NCBI GenBank assembly: GCA_963792415.1
Contig: CAWBVY010000006.1
Coordinates: forward strand, 512,001 to 576,000
Source: Candidatus Deferrimicrobiaceae bacterium
GTDB lineage: Bacteria > Desulfobacterota > Deferrimicrobia > Deferrimicrobiales > Deferrimicrobiaceae
Length of the DNA stretch: 64,000 bases
Direction of reading: 5' to 3'
A model generated the notes under the pieces. That model did no database searches and had not been told where the DNA came from. It was given only the letters and a program-made list of their open reading frames with translations. Below are positions 20,670-29,744 of this stretch, in pieces. Every line of letters starts with the position of its first letter. Position 1 is the first letter of the stretch. A program made the translations under genes and the position numbers.

Positions 20670-21629
20670 ATGAAGCGCGCCATCATCGCGGGCATCGCCG
20701 GACAGGATGGTTCCTACCTCGCCGAACTCCTTGTGGAAAAGGGGTACAAGGTCCTCGGGTTCCTCAAGAAGGGCGAGGACACGTCGAACCTGGCCCAGAT
20801 CGTCAGGGACGTCGTCCTCGAGGAGACCGAACTCGTCCGGAAGGATGACATCATCCGATGGACCCGCCTTTTCGGCCCTGACGAGGTCTACAATTTCGCG
20901 GCCATGTCCTTCATCCCGGAATCCTGGGACGACCCGTACGGGGCATTCCAGGCCAATACGCTGCTGGTGGCCGCCTTCCTCGAGGTACTCAAGAACCACT
21001 GCCCTTCGGCACGTTTCTACCAGGCGTCCTCCTCGGAAATCTTCGGCGACCCTCCGCATTCCCCGCAGGACGAGGAGACGCCGCACAACCCGGTGACACC
21101 GTACGGGGTGAGCAAGCTCGCGGCCCACCTTCTCGCGGGGCTCTATCGGCGGAGATACGGCATGTACGTCGCCAGCGGGATCCTGTACAACCATGAATCT
21201 CCCCGGAGGCAGGATCATTTCGTCACGCAAAAGATCGCCAGGGCTGCGGCCGAAATCTCGCTCGGCTGGTCGGAGAAATTGAAGCTTGGATCCATCGACG
21301 CCCGGAGGGACTGGGGATACGCCGGCGATTTCGTCCGCGGGATCTGGCTGATGCTGCAGCAGCCCGCGGCCGCCGACTATGTCCTCGCGACCGGGGAAAC
21401 CCATTCCATCCGTGATTACCTGCAGGAGGCTTTCTCCCGCGTGGGGCTACGCTGGGAAGATTGGGTGGAAACCGACCCGACCCTTGTCCGTCCAGTGGAA
21501 GTGGGGCGACTGGTCGGCAACCCGTCACGGGCAAAGGAATTTCTCGGCTGGATTCCCAAGGTCACTTTTCCACAACTGGTGCACATGATGGTGGACTCGC
21601 AACTGGATCGATTGAAAAACCCACGTTAA
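20670..21629 (+). CDS. gmd: GDP-mannose 4,6-dehydratase
   Basis: GIAGQDGSYLAE, YQASSSE, PYGVSK, NHESPRR, RDWG. Confidence 0.92.
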   Translation: MKRAIIAGIAGQDGSYLAELLVEKGYKVLGFLKKGEDTSNLAQIVRDVVLEETELVRKDDIIRWTRLFGPDEVYNFAAMSFIPESWDDPYGAFQANTLLVAAFLEVLKNHCPSARFYQASSSEIFGDPPHSPQDEETPHNPVTPYGVSKLAAHLLAGLYRRRYGMYVASGILYNHESPRRQDHFVTQKIARAAAEISLGWSEKLKLGSIDARRDWGYAGDFVRGIWLMLQQPAAADYVLATGETHSIRDYLQEAFSRVGLRWEDWVETDPTLVRPVEVGRLVGNPSRAKEFLGWIPKVTFPQLVHMMVDSQLDRLKNPR

Positions 21630-22726
21630 GCGCCGATCCTTCGGCCCCCTGCGAGATCGAGGTATTTCCGGATCGAGCTTTCCTGCCGGTAGATCGAAGC
21701 CCTCTCCCGCCCCCTTTTCCGAAGAGAGTCTGACAGACCGGAATCATCAAGGACCTCCCTGATCCCCCCCGCGATCGACTCGGCACGGTTCGGGTCCACG
21801 TAGCGAACGGCGTCCCCGTACACCTCCCGGAAGACGGGGATGTCGGAGCACACCACCGGGACGCCGGAAGCCATCGCCTCCAGCGGCGGCAGCCCGAACC
21901 CTTCCGCGAAGGAAGGGAAAATGAACGCTTTCGCCCGGGAAAGCAGCCGCACAATCTCCTCGTCCGTCGGGTCGGCAATTTCGATCAACCGGTCTTTCAA
22001 CCTCGGATCGGTATTCCACCGGTCGACCATGTCGGGAGTCGAGTACCGGCTTCCCGCAATCACGAGCTTCAACTGCGGGAAATCATCCAGCAACAGGAGA
22101 AATGCCCTGATGGCTCCCTCGACATTCTTGTGGGCGATCCGCAGGCCCAGGTAGAGGAGATACTCCCCGGAAACCGGCGACCCCCCAGTCGGAGGAGGCT
22201 CGAAGAAGGTCTCCTTGACCCACGGGTAGATCACGCGGATCTTCCCCGGCGGGAGCCCGAACTCCCGTACCAGGTCCTTCTTTACCGAATCCGAGATCGT
22301 CACCACCGCCTCCGCCCCGCGGACCGCCCGCGAGAGGAGCCAGTGAAAACCGGCCTTGCGATACCACGGCAGCCAGAAATGCGGCGAGAAGACTGTGACG
22401 TCGTTGACGCTGACGATGTATCTCCCCGGTACGGAGAGCGGGACGTTGTGCCCAGGGAAGAAGAAGACCCGCTCCTTTCCCCGAAGGGATCGCAGGACCA
22501 TCGACTTCAGGACGAGGTCACCGAACCCCATCGGGCCGTAGCGAACGAAGAACGGAACGATCATCGGATGAGGGAACTGTTCGATGAACCTCTCCTTGTG
22601 CAAGGCCGGAACGATCGTGTGTATCTCCCCGACGTCGGCGTTCCCCGCGAACGCCGCCAGGAGGTTCTCGTAGACGCGCCCTACCCCGGAACAGCGGTAG
22701 AACATCCCGTCCAGATAGATGCTCAT
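21626..22726 (-). CDS. Glycosyltransferase family 4 (MtfB-like)
   Basis: FPSFAEGFGLPPLEAMASG. Confidence 0.88.
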   Translation of the reverse strand: MSIYLDGMFYRCSGVGRVYENLLAAFAGNADVGEIHTIVPALHKERFIEQFPHPMIVPFFVRYGPMGFGDLVLKSMVLRSLRGKERVFFFPGHNVPLSVPGRYIVSVNDVTVFSPHFWLPWYRKAGFHWLLSRAVRGAEAVVTISDSVKKDLVREFGLPPGKIRVIYPWVKETFFEPPPTGGSPVSGEYLLYLGLRIAHKNVEGAIRAFLLLLDDFPQLKLVIAGSRYSTPDMVDRWNTDPRLKDRLIEIADPTDEEIVRLLSRAKAFIFPSFAEGFGLPPLEAMASGVPVVCSDIPVFREVYGDAVRYVDPNRAESIAGGIREVLDDSGLSDSLRKRGRERASIYRQESSIRKYLDLAGGRRIGA

Positions 22727-23883
22727 TCGACCGGGGCGCCACAAAGGCGCCGATAAAACGGAATGGCGGCGTCCCTCATCGCGGTGTAGGAAAACTTCTC
22801 GAAGGTCCGCCGGCGCGCATTCTCTCCGAGCCGTTCCCGGAGGGACGCGTCGGAAAGGAGTCGGTTGCACGCCTCCGCAAACCCCGCGGCGTCGCCAACG
22901 TGGAACGTGAGCCCGGTCTCGCCGTCGACGTTCACGTATGTGACCCCGCTCGGAAGGTCGCTGCTGACGACGGGTTTCCCGAGCGCCATCGCCTCGATCT
23001 GGACGATCCCGAACCCCTCGAGCGCGGTAACGGATGGCAGGACGAAGAAGTCGCACCCGAGGTAGTACGGGCGGAGGTCGTCCACTCTCCCTAAAAGGCG
23101 AACCTTCTCTTCCAATCCCCTTGCCGCGATCTCCTTCCGGAGGGGTGTATCGAGGGGCCCGGTGCCGATGATGGCGATCCTGTAGGGGATCCGGTCCGCG
23201 GCCCGCAGGAGCGTTTCCAGCCCCTTGTACGGGACGAGGCGACCGACGAAGAGCAGGAAGCTTCCTCCGATTGCCTTGCGGGTCTTCTCCGCGGACGATC
23301 GGTCCGCATCGGAAATATCGAACCACGGATCGGGGATCGCGTACGGGATGATGACGGTGCGGTCGGCGAACCGGCGGAACGTGTCCGAACACGCCACATG
23401 ATGGGGGGTGGCTGCCACGAACGCGTCGGTCCGGCGGAAGAGGAACTCTTCGATCGGTCGGAACAGGGAGTACAAGGCCCTCTTCCAGACCTCCTCGAGA
23501 AGGACGTCCGCATGGTGCCAGAGGACGATCTTCTCCGACTTTCGCCGCAAGAGGAGTGACAGAGCCAAGGCAGCGACGGCCATGGGGTTCGGGTAATGAA
23601 GCAGGATCGCCTGGAATCGCCGCTCCTTCCGGAGACGGTGGAGAACCCATGGAAGCGATGGAAGGATCGGCGTGAGCAGAATCGTACCGCGCTCCTTTAT
23701 GGAATGAACGGTGGCGCCGCCGGAGCTCTCGACGCGGGTGGGGCCGACCTTTGAAGCGACGAGGCAGTAATTATCGAGCCTCCCCGCAGTCGCCTCGGCG
23801 AAGCTCTTCACGACCACTTCCATCCCCCCGGGTTCGGGCGGGTAATATTTCCCGAGGTGGAGTATCCCGATCGGTTCGCCCAT
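22723..23883 (-). CDS. Glycosyltransferase family 4 (WfcD-like)
   Basis: GKYYPPEPGGME, VGRLVPYKG, EGFGIVQIEAM. Confidence 0.88.
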   Translation of the reverse strand: MGEPIGILHLGKYYPPEPGGMEVVVKSFAEATAGRLDNYCLVASKVGPTRVESSGGATVHSIKERGTILLTPILPSLPWVLHRLRKERRFQAILLHYPNPMAVAALALSLLLRRKSEKIVLWHHADVLLEEVWKRALYSLFRPIEEFLFRRTDAFVAATPHHVACSDTFRRFADRTVIIPYAIPDPWFDISDADRSSAEKTRKAIGGSFLLFVGRLVPYKGLETLLRAADRIPYRIAIIGTGPLDTPLRKEIAARGLEEKVRLLGRVDDLRPYYLGCDFFVLPSVTALEGFGIVQIEAMALGKPVVSSDLPSGVTYVNVDGETGLTFHVGDAAGFAEACNRLLSDASLRERLGENARRRTFEKFSYTAMRDAAIPFYRRLCGAPVE

Positions 23884-23891
23884 CGCGGCGA

Positions 23892-25802
23892 TCAGCGGGC
23901 CCTGTTGCCCTGGCCCTGCTCCAGCTGCTTAAGGCGGCCGCGCAGGTACGGATCGTTCACCTCCTCCAACCCCATGCGCAGGCTTTCAATCGCCCCCTTG
24001 CGATCCCCCATCATCAGGTACATGTTGGCCATCGTCTGGTAGGCGACGACCGGGGAGACACCGAGAAAGGTGTAATGATAGGCCTCCCGGATGATGTGCC
24101 TCGGCAGGATCCCCTTCGGGATCTCATGGGCCTTGACGTACCCTCGCAGTTCCGGAGTGTTGCGGACGAAGATGACGAACAGGCCGTCGGAGAAGACCAG
24201 CGACCAGTTCGGGTCGTTGGCGAGAAGGGGCACGATGGGGAGGATCATCCCCGAGGAGTCCATCGTCTTCAGCACCATGTACGTGATCCCGTACTTGTCG
24301 ATGACCCCCTCCCACCCGGGCATCCCCCCGGTGACCGACTGGTGCTCCATGAACACCTGCTGGTTGTACGTCCGGCCGTCGAGAAAGGTAAGGGCGCCAG
24401 GGTAGAGCTGCCAGTCGAGGAACCCGCCGATGTCGAAGAAGTTGAACATCTTTCCCGGGACGGGATTCCTCCGAAGGAATTCCGCCGCCTTGAAGGAGAA
24501 CTTGTGCTCCGTGATTCCCACGCCGTACTCCAACTGGGAGAAGGAGAACGCGAGCGTTGTTCCGCCGAAGGCGACGAGGGCGAGGACGACGACGCCGATG
24601 AGGATCGCGTGGACCGCTGCGAAGCGCGGACGGGGATCGGGTCGAACGGCGACCGCCGCCGGTTGAGGGCGCTTCTTCCCCTTTTTCTGCCGTTTCTCTT
24701 CCGGCGCCTCCGCTTTGGGTGTCACCTTGGCGGAAAACCATCCCGCCGCCTCCGACAGGAATCCGGTCAGGTGAAGCGATACCCCGGGAGAGAGGAAGAG
24801 TCCCATCATCGACACGGCCCGCGCCGAACCCCACGCCCCCTTGAATGCGATGGCGAACAGGAAGAGGTCGAGAAGGTAGACACGGCGCCCCGCCATTCCC
24901 AGGCAGAGGGACACCGCGGCGAAGACGACCGCAGCCTTGAAGTATATGTAGAATCCGGTCCCCTTCACCGGGGTCAGCTCCGAGATCGACATCAAGATGT
25001 TATTGGTGTTCCCTCCCGCTCCCCGGGAGATCATGTGGAGCGGCGCCAGCAGCCAGCCGTAGCCGTGCGGGTTCAGGCCGGAGAGGACGAGACCCGCGAC
25101 GCCCGTAACCAGGGGGGGGAGGATCCACGTCCGAAGCCTCGCCCACTGGAACTCCTTCTTCCAGGCCGCCCGGACGAGGGCGTCGGCGAAAAACGCGCCG
25201 TAGAGGCCGAACGCCATCAGGTAGGTCGGGTGACTGTTGGCCCACACGAGGATCATCGGGGGGAAAAGGTAGATCAGTTTTTTGCGGCTCCCGAAGTAAT
25301 ACTCGCTCAGGAGGAAGATCGTCATGGCGGTGAACAGGTACGTGAAGATCTCCGGCCGTGGCTGGATTCGGATGCGGAGGAACCCCGAGAACGCGAAGAT
25401 GGCAAGGACCGCGAGGAGGGGGTGCGCCCCGCGAAGCACCATGGCCCGGTAAAGGAAGAGGAAGATCCCGAAGACGACCGCCCAGACGAGGAACGAGGCC
25501 CCGTACTCCCCTGTCGCGGCGAACACCAGGTACAGAACCGCCTGGAACCCCCACTCGCCGCCGCTCCCGTTCTCCATCCCGAGGGACGGGTAGTTCCAAT
25601 GCTCGATCGACGGGATCTCTTGCTGCTTGACGATGAACCTTCCCAACGCGATGTGCGTCCCGAAGTCGCTCGTGAAGATCTTCGTGAGCATCGGCAGCGT
25701 GATGAGGAAGAGAAGGGTGAAGGCGACGATGTTCAGTTCCTTCGGGGTGAGGTCCCACCAGCGGCGTGGCGCACCGCCGGCTTCGAGCACCGGTTCCGCC
25801 AT
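23892..25802 (-). CDS. Polytopic membrane protein, possible GT-C-fold glycosyltransferase with C-terminal TPR-like helix
   Basis: About 12 hydrophobic segments; DFGTHIALGR, RPEIF, WANSH, NP-G and FLDGR motifs. Confidence 0.6.
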   Translation of the reverse strand: MAEPVLEAGGAPRRWWDLTPKELNIVAFTLLFLITLPMLTKIFTSDFGTHIALGRFIVKQQEIPSIEHWNYPSLGMENGSGGEWGFQAVLYLVFAATGEYGASFLVWAVVFGIFLFLYRAMVLRGAHPLLAVLAIFAFSGFLRIRIQPRPEIFTYLFTAMTIFLLSEYYFGSRKKLIYLFPPMILVWANSHPTYLMAFGLYGAFFADALVRAAWKKEFQWARLRTWILPPLVTGVAGLVLSGLNPHGYGWLLAPLHMISRGAGGNTNNILMSISELTPVKGTGFYIYFKAAVVFAAVSLCLGMAGRRVYLLDLFLFAIAFKGAWGSARAVSMMGLFLSPGVSLHLTGFLSEAAGWFSAKVTPKAEAPEEKRQKKGKKRPQPAAVAVRPDPRPRFAAVHAILIGVVVLALVAFGGTTLAFSFSQLEYGVGITEHKFSFKAAEFLRRNPVPGKMFNFFDIGGFLDWQLYPGALTFLDGRTYNQQVFMEHQSVTGGMPGWEGVIDKYGITYMVLKTMDSSGMILPIVPLLANDPNWSLVFSDGLFVIFVRNTPELRGYVKAHEIPKGILPRHIIREAYHYTFLGVSPVVAYQTMANMYLMMGDRKGAIESLRMGLEEVNDPYLRGRLKQLEQGQGNRAR

Positions 25803-25828
25803 CTACCTGTCGCCTCCAATACGCACGA

Positions 25829-26791
25829 TCATCTCCGGATACCTCGCTGGGATTTTCTTCCGGGGGAATGCTTCCGGGCGCTACGCCTTCCGACGGCGGC
25901 TCGCGAACATGAAGATATCATAGGGTCGACGTCAGTGGGCGGGCGCCCCCGTGGCGCTGCCGGCAACGGGGCCGGGAGGGCGGCATTGCCGAACGGCCGC
26001 CGGTGAAACACCGTGGTGAGCTTGAGGCTCGGGCACCGGGTGCAGTCGAGGCAGCGCAGGCAGTCCGGGTCGGTCGGGTTCCGGTCGGGACGGATGTCGA
26101 CCGGGCAGAGATCCTGACACTTCCCGCACCGCGTGCAGGTGTCGGGATCCCAGGCGAGCTGCAGGAAGCTCGACTTGTTGAACAGGGAGAAGATCGCACC
26201 GAGGGGGCAGATCGCCCGGCAGAAGGGGCGTTTTACCATCGTCGACGTCGTGACGAAGAAGAGCACGATCGCGATCTTGACCCAGAACAGCGACCGGACC
26301 ATCGAGCGGATGCCGGCGTTCATCGTGACCCACGGAAGCCCGCCCATCAGCGTTCCCACGGGACACAGCTTCGAGAACCAGTTCTCGTGGGTGAGATACG
26401 GGATGACGAACACCAGCCCGGCCAGGACGGCATACCGCAGATACCGCGTCCAGTGCGGCAGGGACGCCTTCCACCCCCGGAACTTGTACAGGAGATCCTG
26501 TAGGGCGCCGAAGGGGCACAGGGTCCCGCACGTCATCCGCCCCACGGACGCGCCGACGACCGAAAGGGTCCCGACCGCGTACCAGGAGACGTTCCCGCCC
26601 GCCGCGAAATGCTGCAGCGTGCCGATGGGACAGGAGAGCAGCGCGGAGGGGCAGGCGTAGCAGTTCAGCAACGGGGTGCAGACGCTCTTCATCGGCCCCT
26701 GGTAGAGCGACGTCGACAGGAACCCGGGAAGCCAGGCGTTGGGAAGGACGGCCCCCAACCCCTGGAAGATCCGTCGTTTCAGATATCTCAC
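25829..26791 (-). CDS. Membrane 4Fe-4S binding protein (NapH/FixG-like)
   Basis: CTPLLNCYACP..CPIG, GRMTCGTLCPFG, RPFCRAICPLG, CTRCGKCQDLCP, CLRCLDC. Confidence 0.88.
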   Translation of the reverse strand: MRYLKRRIFQGLGAVLPNAWLPGFLSTSLYQGPMKSVCTPLLNCYACPSALLSCPIGTLQHFAAGGNVSWYAVGTLSVVGASVGRMTCGTLCPFGALQDLLYKFRGWKASLPHWTRYLRYAVLAGLVFVIPYLTHENWFSKLCPVGTLMGGLPWVTMNAGIRSMVRSLFWVKIAIVLFFVTTSTMVKRPFCRAICPLGAIFSLFNKSSFLQLAWDPDTCTRCGKCQDLCPVDIRPDRNPTDPDCLRCLDCTRCPSLKLTTVFHRRPFGNAALPAPLPAAPRGRPPTDVDPMISSCSRAAVGRRSARKHSPGRKSQRGIRR

Positions 26792-26811
26792 GGGATCACC
26801 CGATCCCGATG
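26789..26811 (-). promoter_or_regulatory. Putative bacterial SECIS element
   Basis: CA[U]CGGGAUC-GGGU-GAUCCCG-UG: perfect 7-bp stem, bulged U, G-initiated loop starting 18 nt after the UGA. Confidence 0.7.
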
Positions 26812-26936
26812 CACGACAGTCAAAGCAGCGCGCCGTTGATCAGCACCTCCGCGATCTCCTTCCGGAAGATGCCGAGCATAAGAGCCGAGACGGCCAGCAC
26901 GGCCGTGACCAGAAAGGCGACCGGGCGTCCCTTCAT
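26796..26936 (-). CDS. 46-aa membrane microprotein with U-x-x-C motif (CD1871A-like family), probable selenoprotein
   Basis: MKGRPVAFLVTAVLAVSALMLGIFRKEIAEVLINGALL-[TGA]-LSCIGIG*. TGA at 26820-26822 occupies the first Cys position of the CxxCIGIG end. SECIS-like hairpin downstream; G-rich RBS upstream. Confidence 0.8.
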
Positions 26937-26955
26937 GCCCCCCCCGAACCCGGGA

Positions 26956-27795
26956 TCAGCCTCCGCCGTAGGAGTGCAGGCCGGAGAGAAGGAGGTTGAC
27001 GCCGAGGTAGCACATGATCGTCGCCAGGAACCCGACGATGGAGAGGATGGCGGCGCGCTTGCCGTGCCACCCGCGGGTTACCCGCGCGTGGAGGAACGCC
27101 GCGTAGATCAGCCAGATGATCAGGGACCAGGTTTCCTTCGGGTCCCACGACCAGTAGGTCCCCCAGGCGTAGTTCGCCCAGGCCGCGCCGGTGATGATCC
27201 CTACGGTGAGGAACGGGAATCCCCAGATGATCGACCGGTAGACCAGTTCGTCGAGCATCTTGCACGCCGGCAGAAGGCCCACGACCCCTTCGGAGATCTT
27301 CGCATTTTCCTGCCGGGCCTTCAGCAGGTACATCACGGCCACCCCGGCGGAGACGGCGAACGCCGCGTACCCGACGAAGCAGGTGATGACGTGGGCGTGG
27401 AGCCAGTACGACTGGAGGGCGGGCACCAGCGGCTGGATGCTGCTGTCGTTATAGACGGCGAAGACCATCGTGAGGAAGGCGATCGGCATCACGAAGCCGC
27501 CGAGGGTCCGGTTCCGGTACTTCCTCTCCACGACCAGGTAGAAGAGGTTCACCGACCAGGCGAAGAAGACGAGCGACTCGTAAAGATTCGTGACGGGGAT
27601 GCGACCGATCCCCATCTGGTACGACTCGTACCAGCGCACCCCGAGCGCCGCGGTGGATACAACCGCCCCGAGGAGGCAGACCCAGGTGCCCATGACGCCG
27701 AGCTTCTCGTTTTTCGCGTAGAGGGCGCCGAGGTACATGGCGGACGCCACACCGAACAGGACCGTGGTGAGATTGAACAGGATGACGTTGCTCAT
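26956..27795 (-). CDS. ccsB: Cytochrome c biogenesis protein CcsB/ResC (System II)
   Basis: LVPALQSYWLHAH, WANYAWGTYWSWDPKETW, GLHSY. Confidence 0.95.
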   Translation of the reverse strand: MSNVILFNLTTVLFGVASAMYLGALYAKNEKLGVMGTWVCLLGAVVSTAALGVRWYESYQMGIGRIPVTNLYESLVFFAWSVNLFYLVVERKYRNRTLGGFVMPIAFLTMVFAVYNDSSIQPLVPALQSYWLHAHVITCFVGYAAFAVSAGVAVMYLLKARQENAKISEGVVGLLPACKMLDELVYRSIIWGFPFLTVGIITGAAWANYAWGTYWSWDPKETWSLIIWLIYAAFLHARVTRGWHGKRAAILSIVGFLATIMCYLGVNLLLSGLHSYGGG

Positions 27796-27832
27796 TTCGA
27801 GGGGGCTCCTGCGGCGGTCCGCGGCCAGGCGG

Positions 27833-29197
27833 TCATTGGCCTGTCGCCTTCACGCCGGTCTGTAGTTTCTCGAATCTCTTCTCGAAGGCAAGCCGGTTGC
27901 GGCTGGCGGACCCCGCGAGGACGACCTCGACACGGCCGTCGGTCCCCTGCGCGAGGCGGACCCAGACGCGCTGGTGCGAGAGGAAGAACGCCATGATCAG
28001 CCCGATCACCATCAGGGCGCACCCCAGCCAGACGATGTTCACCCCGGGGTCCTTCGCGACCTGGAGCCCGGTGAACATCTTCGAACTTAAGCCCCGGAAG
28101 GAGAATACCAGGGAGTCGGCGCGTTGCCGGTCGAGGTCGGGTCGGCGCTGGACGAGCCAGAACGAGGCGGCCGGCTGCCCGGGCTTCTCGACGACCACCT
28201 GGAGGGCCGGACCGTTTCCCTGGAAGTTCTGATTGTAGTTCACCCCGGTCACGATCCCGTAGCCGTCGATCGGAACCGGCTCGTTGGCCGCGAGGGAGAG
28301 CATGTTCACCGGGGTCCCGTCCTTGCGGGCCACCGCCACCTGGGCCTTCGCGCCGCCCCCCGCCTGCCCGTAGCTCGACTGGTAGAACCAGATCCCCTTG
28401 TACTGCAGCGGGTCGTTCACCACGATCGTCTTCCGGACCACTTCCCGCCCCCCGTCGAGGACGCTGAGGTCGGATTTGTACGCCTTGGGCTGGCCGCTCG
28501 GGTACGTCTCGACGCTGAAGGAGTTGCACCGAAGCGTGAATCCGAGGTCCTGAATCAGGGTCCCCCCCCGGACGGGGACCTGCGTGATCGCGTCCCCCTC
28601 GGGGATGTTCACGTACCCCTTGAAACCGGCGACGTTGCCGACGATCGCCCCGATGAAGATGATGATGATGGAGAGGTGGGTCACATAGACGCCGAACCGG
28701 GAGGCCACACCGGTCTCGGCGTACAGGTGCACCTCGCCGCCTTCCTCGGTGACTTTCGGCTTCGCGAAGGCGCCTGAGAGCGTCTCCGCGTATTTCCCTG
28801 TCCACTCCGAAACGGTCCCCTTCTTCTTCCACCGGTCCGAGAGCGACAGCGATTTTTCGAGGCTCCCGTCGAGCTTCGTCCGCGGGTTCCGCACGACCTT
28901 GAGCATCTTCGGGAAACGGTCGATGGTGCAGCAGGTCAGGTTCACGGTGAACAGGACGAGAATCAGCAGGAACCACTTGGAGTGGTACATATCGAACAGG
29001 TTGATCCGGTCCATGAGGGCGAACGCCCAGTCCTCGTAGATCTGGTGGTACTTCTCGGGGGGCTGGTTCTGCTCGATGATCGTGCCGAGGATCGACGTGG
29101 ACGCAAGTACGATCAGGGTGAAGATCGCAAGCTTGACGGAGATAAAGAAGTCCCACACCCGATCCATCGGGGATGGAGTGCGTTTCTCATCAGCCAT
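27833..29197 (-). CDS. resB: Cytochrome c biogenesis protein ResB/Ccs1
   Basis: SVKLAIFTL, GTIIEQ, YHSKWF, THLSII, VNDPL, TGLQVAKDPG. Confidence 0.93.
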   Translation of the reverse strand: MADEKRTPSPMDRVWDFFISVKLAIFTLIVLASTSILGTIIEQNQPPEKYHQIYEDWAFALMDRINLFDMYHSKWFLLILVLFTVNLTCCTIDRFPKMLKVVRNPRTKLDGSLEKSLSLSDRWKKKGTVSEWTGKYAETLSGAFAKPKVTEEGGEVHLYAETGVASRFGVYVTHLSIIIIFIGAIVGNVAGFKGYVNIPEGDAITQVPVRGGTLIQDLGFTLRCNSFSVETYPSGQPKAYKSDLSVLDGGREVVRKTIVVNDPLQYKGIWFYQSSYGQAGGGAKAQVAVARKDGTPVNMLSLAANEPVPIDGYGIVTGVNYNQNFQGNGPALQVVVEKPGQPAASFWLVQRRPDLDRQRADSLVFSFRGLSSKMFTGLQVAKDPGVNIVWLGCALMVIGLIMAFFLSHQRVWVRLAQGTDGRVEVVLAGSASRNRLAFEKRFEKLQTGVKATGQ

Positions 29198-29298
29198 GCG
29201 GGCCACCCTCAATTATTCGGAATAAATACTATATACTAGACTGATATCCTGACGTCAAACGGATACGCCATCCGCACCGAATCCGCACCGAAGAATAA

Positions 29299-29327
29299 GA
29301 GAGGGCGGGGATCTCCCCCGCCCTCTC
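29299..29327 (-). terminator. Intrinsic terminator after the cytochrome c3 gene
   Basis: GAGAGGGCGGGG / CCCCGCCCTCTC inverted repeat followed by a U-rich tract on the minus strand. Confidence 0.7.
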
Positions 29328-29353
29328 CCGGGTTACGCTGGATCGGGGTTCGC

Positions 29354-29701
29354 CTACTTCTTGTGGCAGCCGTCACACTTGGTGGGGCCTTTGGCCATCT
29401 TCTGGTGGCACCCCTTGCACTTCGTGTGCATGGAGTCCTTCAAAGAGACTGCGTCGCCCTTCTTCTCGGCCTTGTGGCAGGCGAAGCACGACTGCTCCTT
29501 GCCCGCTGCGTCCTTGTGGTGGCACTCCGCGCACTTGATGCCCAGCTTTTCCGCGTGCGCCTTGTGGGGAAATACCACCGGCGACTTGGACTTCTGGACG
29601 TCCTTGATCGTAGTGCTGTCAGGAGCATCCGCCGCGACGATCATGCTGGCCGAAAACACCGTCATCATCACGACTGCCATCAACATCGCGAATTTCTTCA
29701 T
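29354..29701 (-). CDS. Periplasmic tetraheme cytochrome c3
   Basis: Signal peptide, VVFPHKAH, four CxxCH motifs (CAECH, CFACH, CKGCH, CDGCH). Confidence 0.92.
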   Translation of the reverse strand: MKKFAMLMAVVMMTVFSASMIVAADAPDSTTIKDVQKSKSPVVFPHKAHAEKLGIKCAECHHKDAAGKEQSCFACHKAEKKGDAVSLKDSMHTKCKGCHQKMAKGPTKCDGCHKK

Positions 29702-29744
29702 CCCTGCTCACCCCTTTCGAGTTTGTGGTCTACAGCATCGTGCT

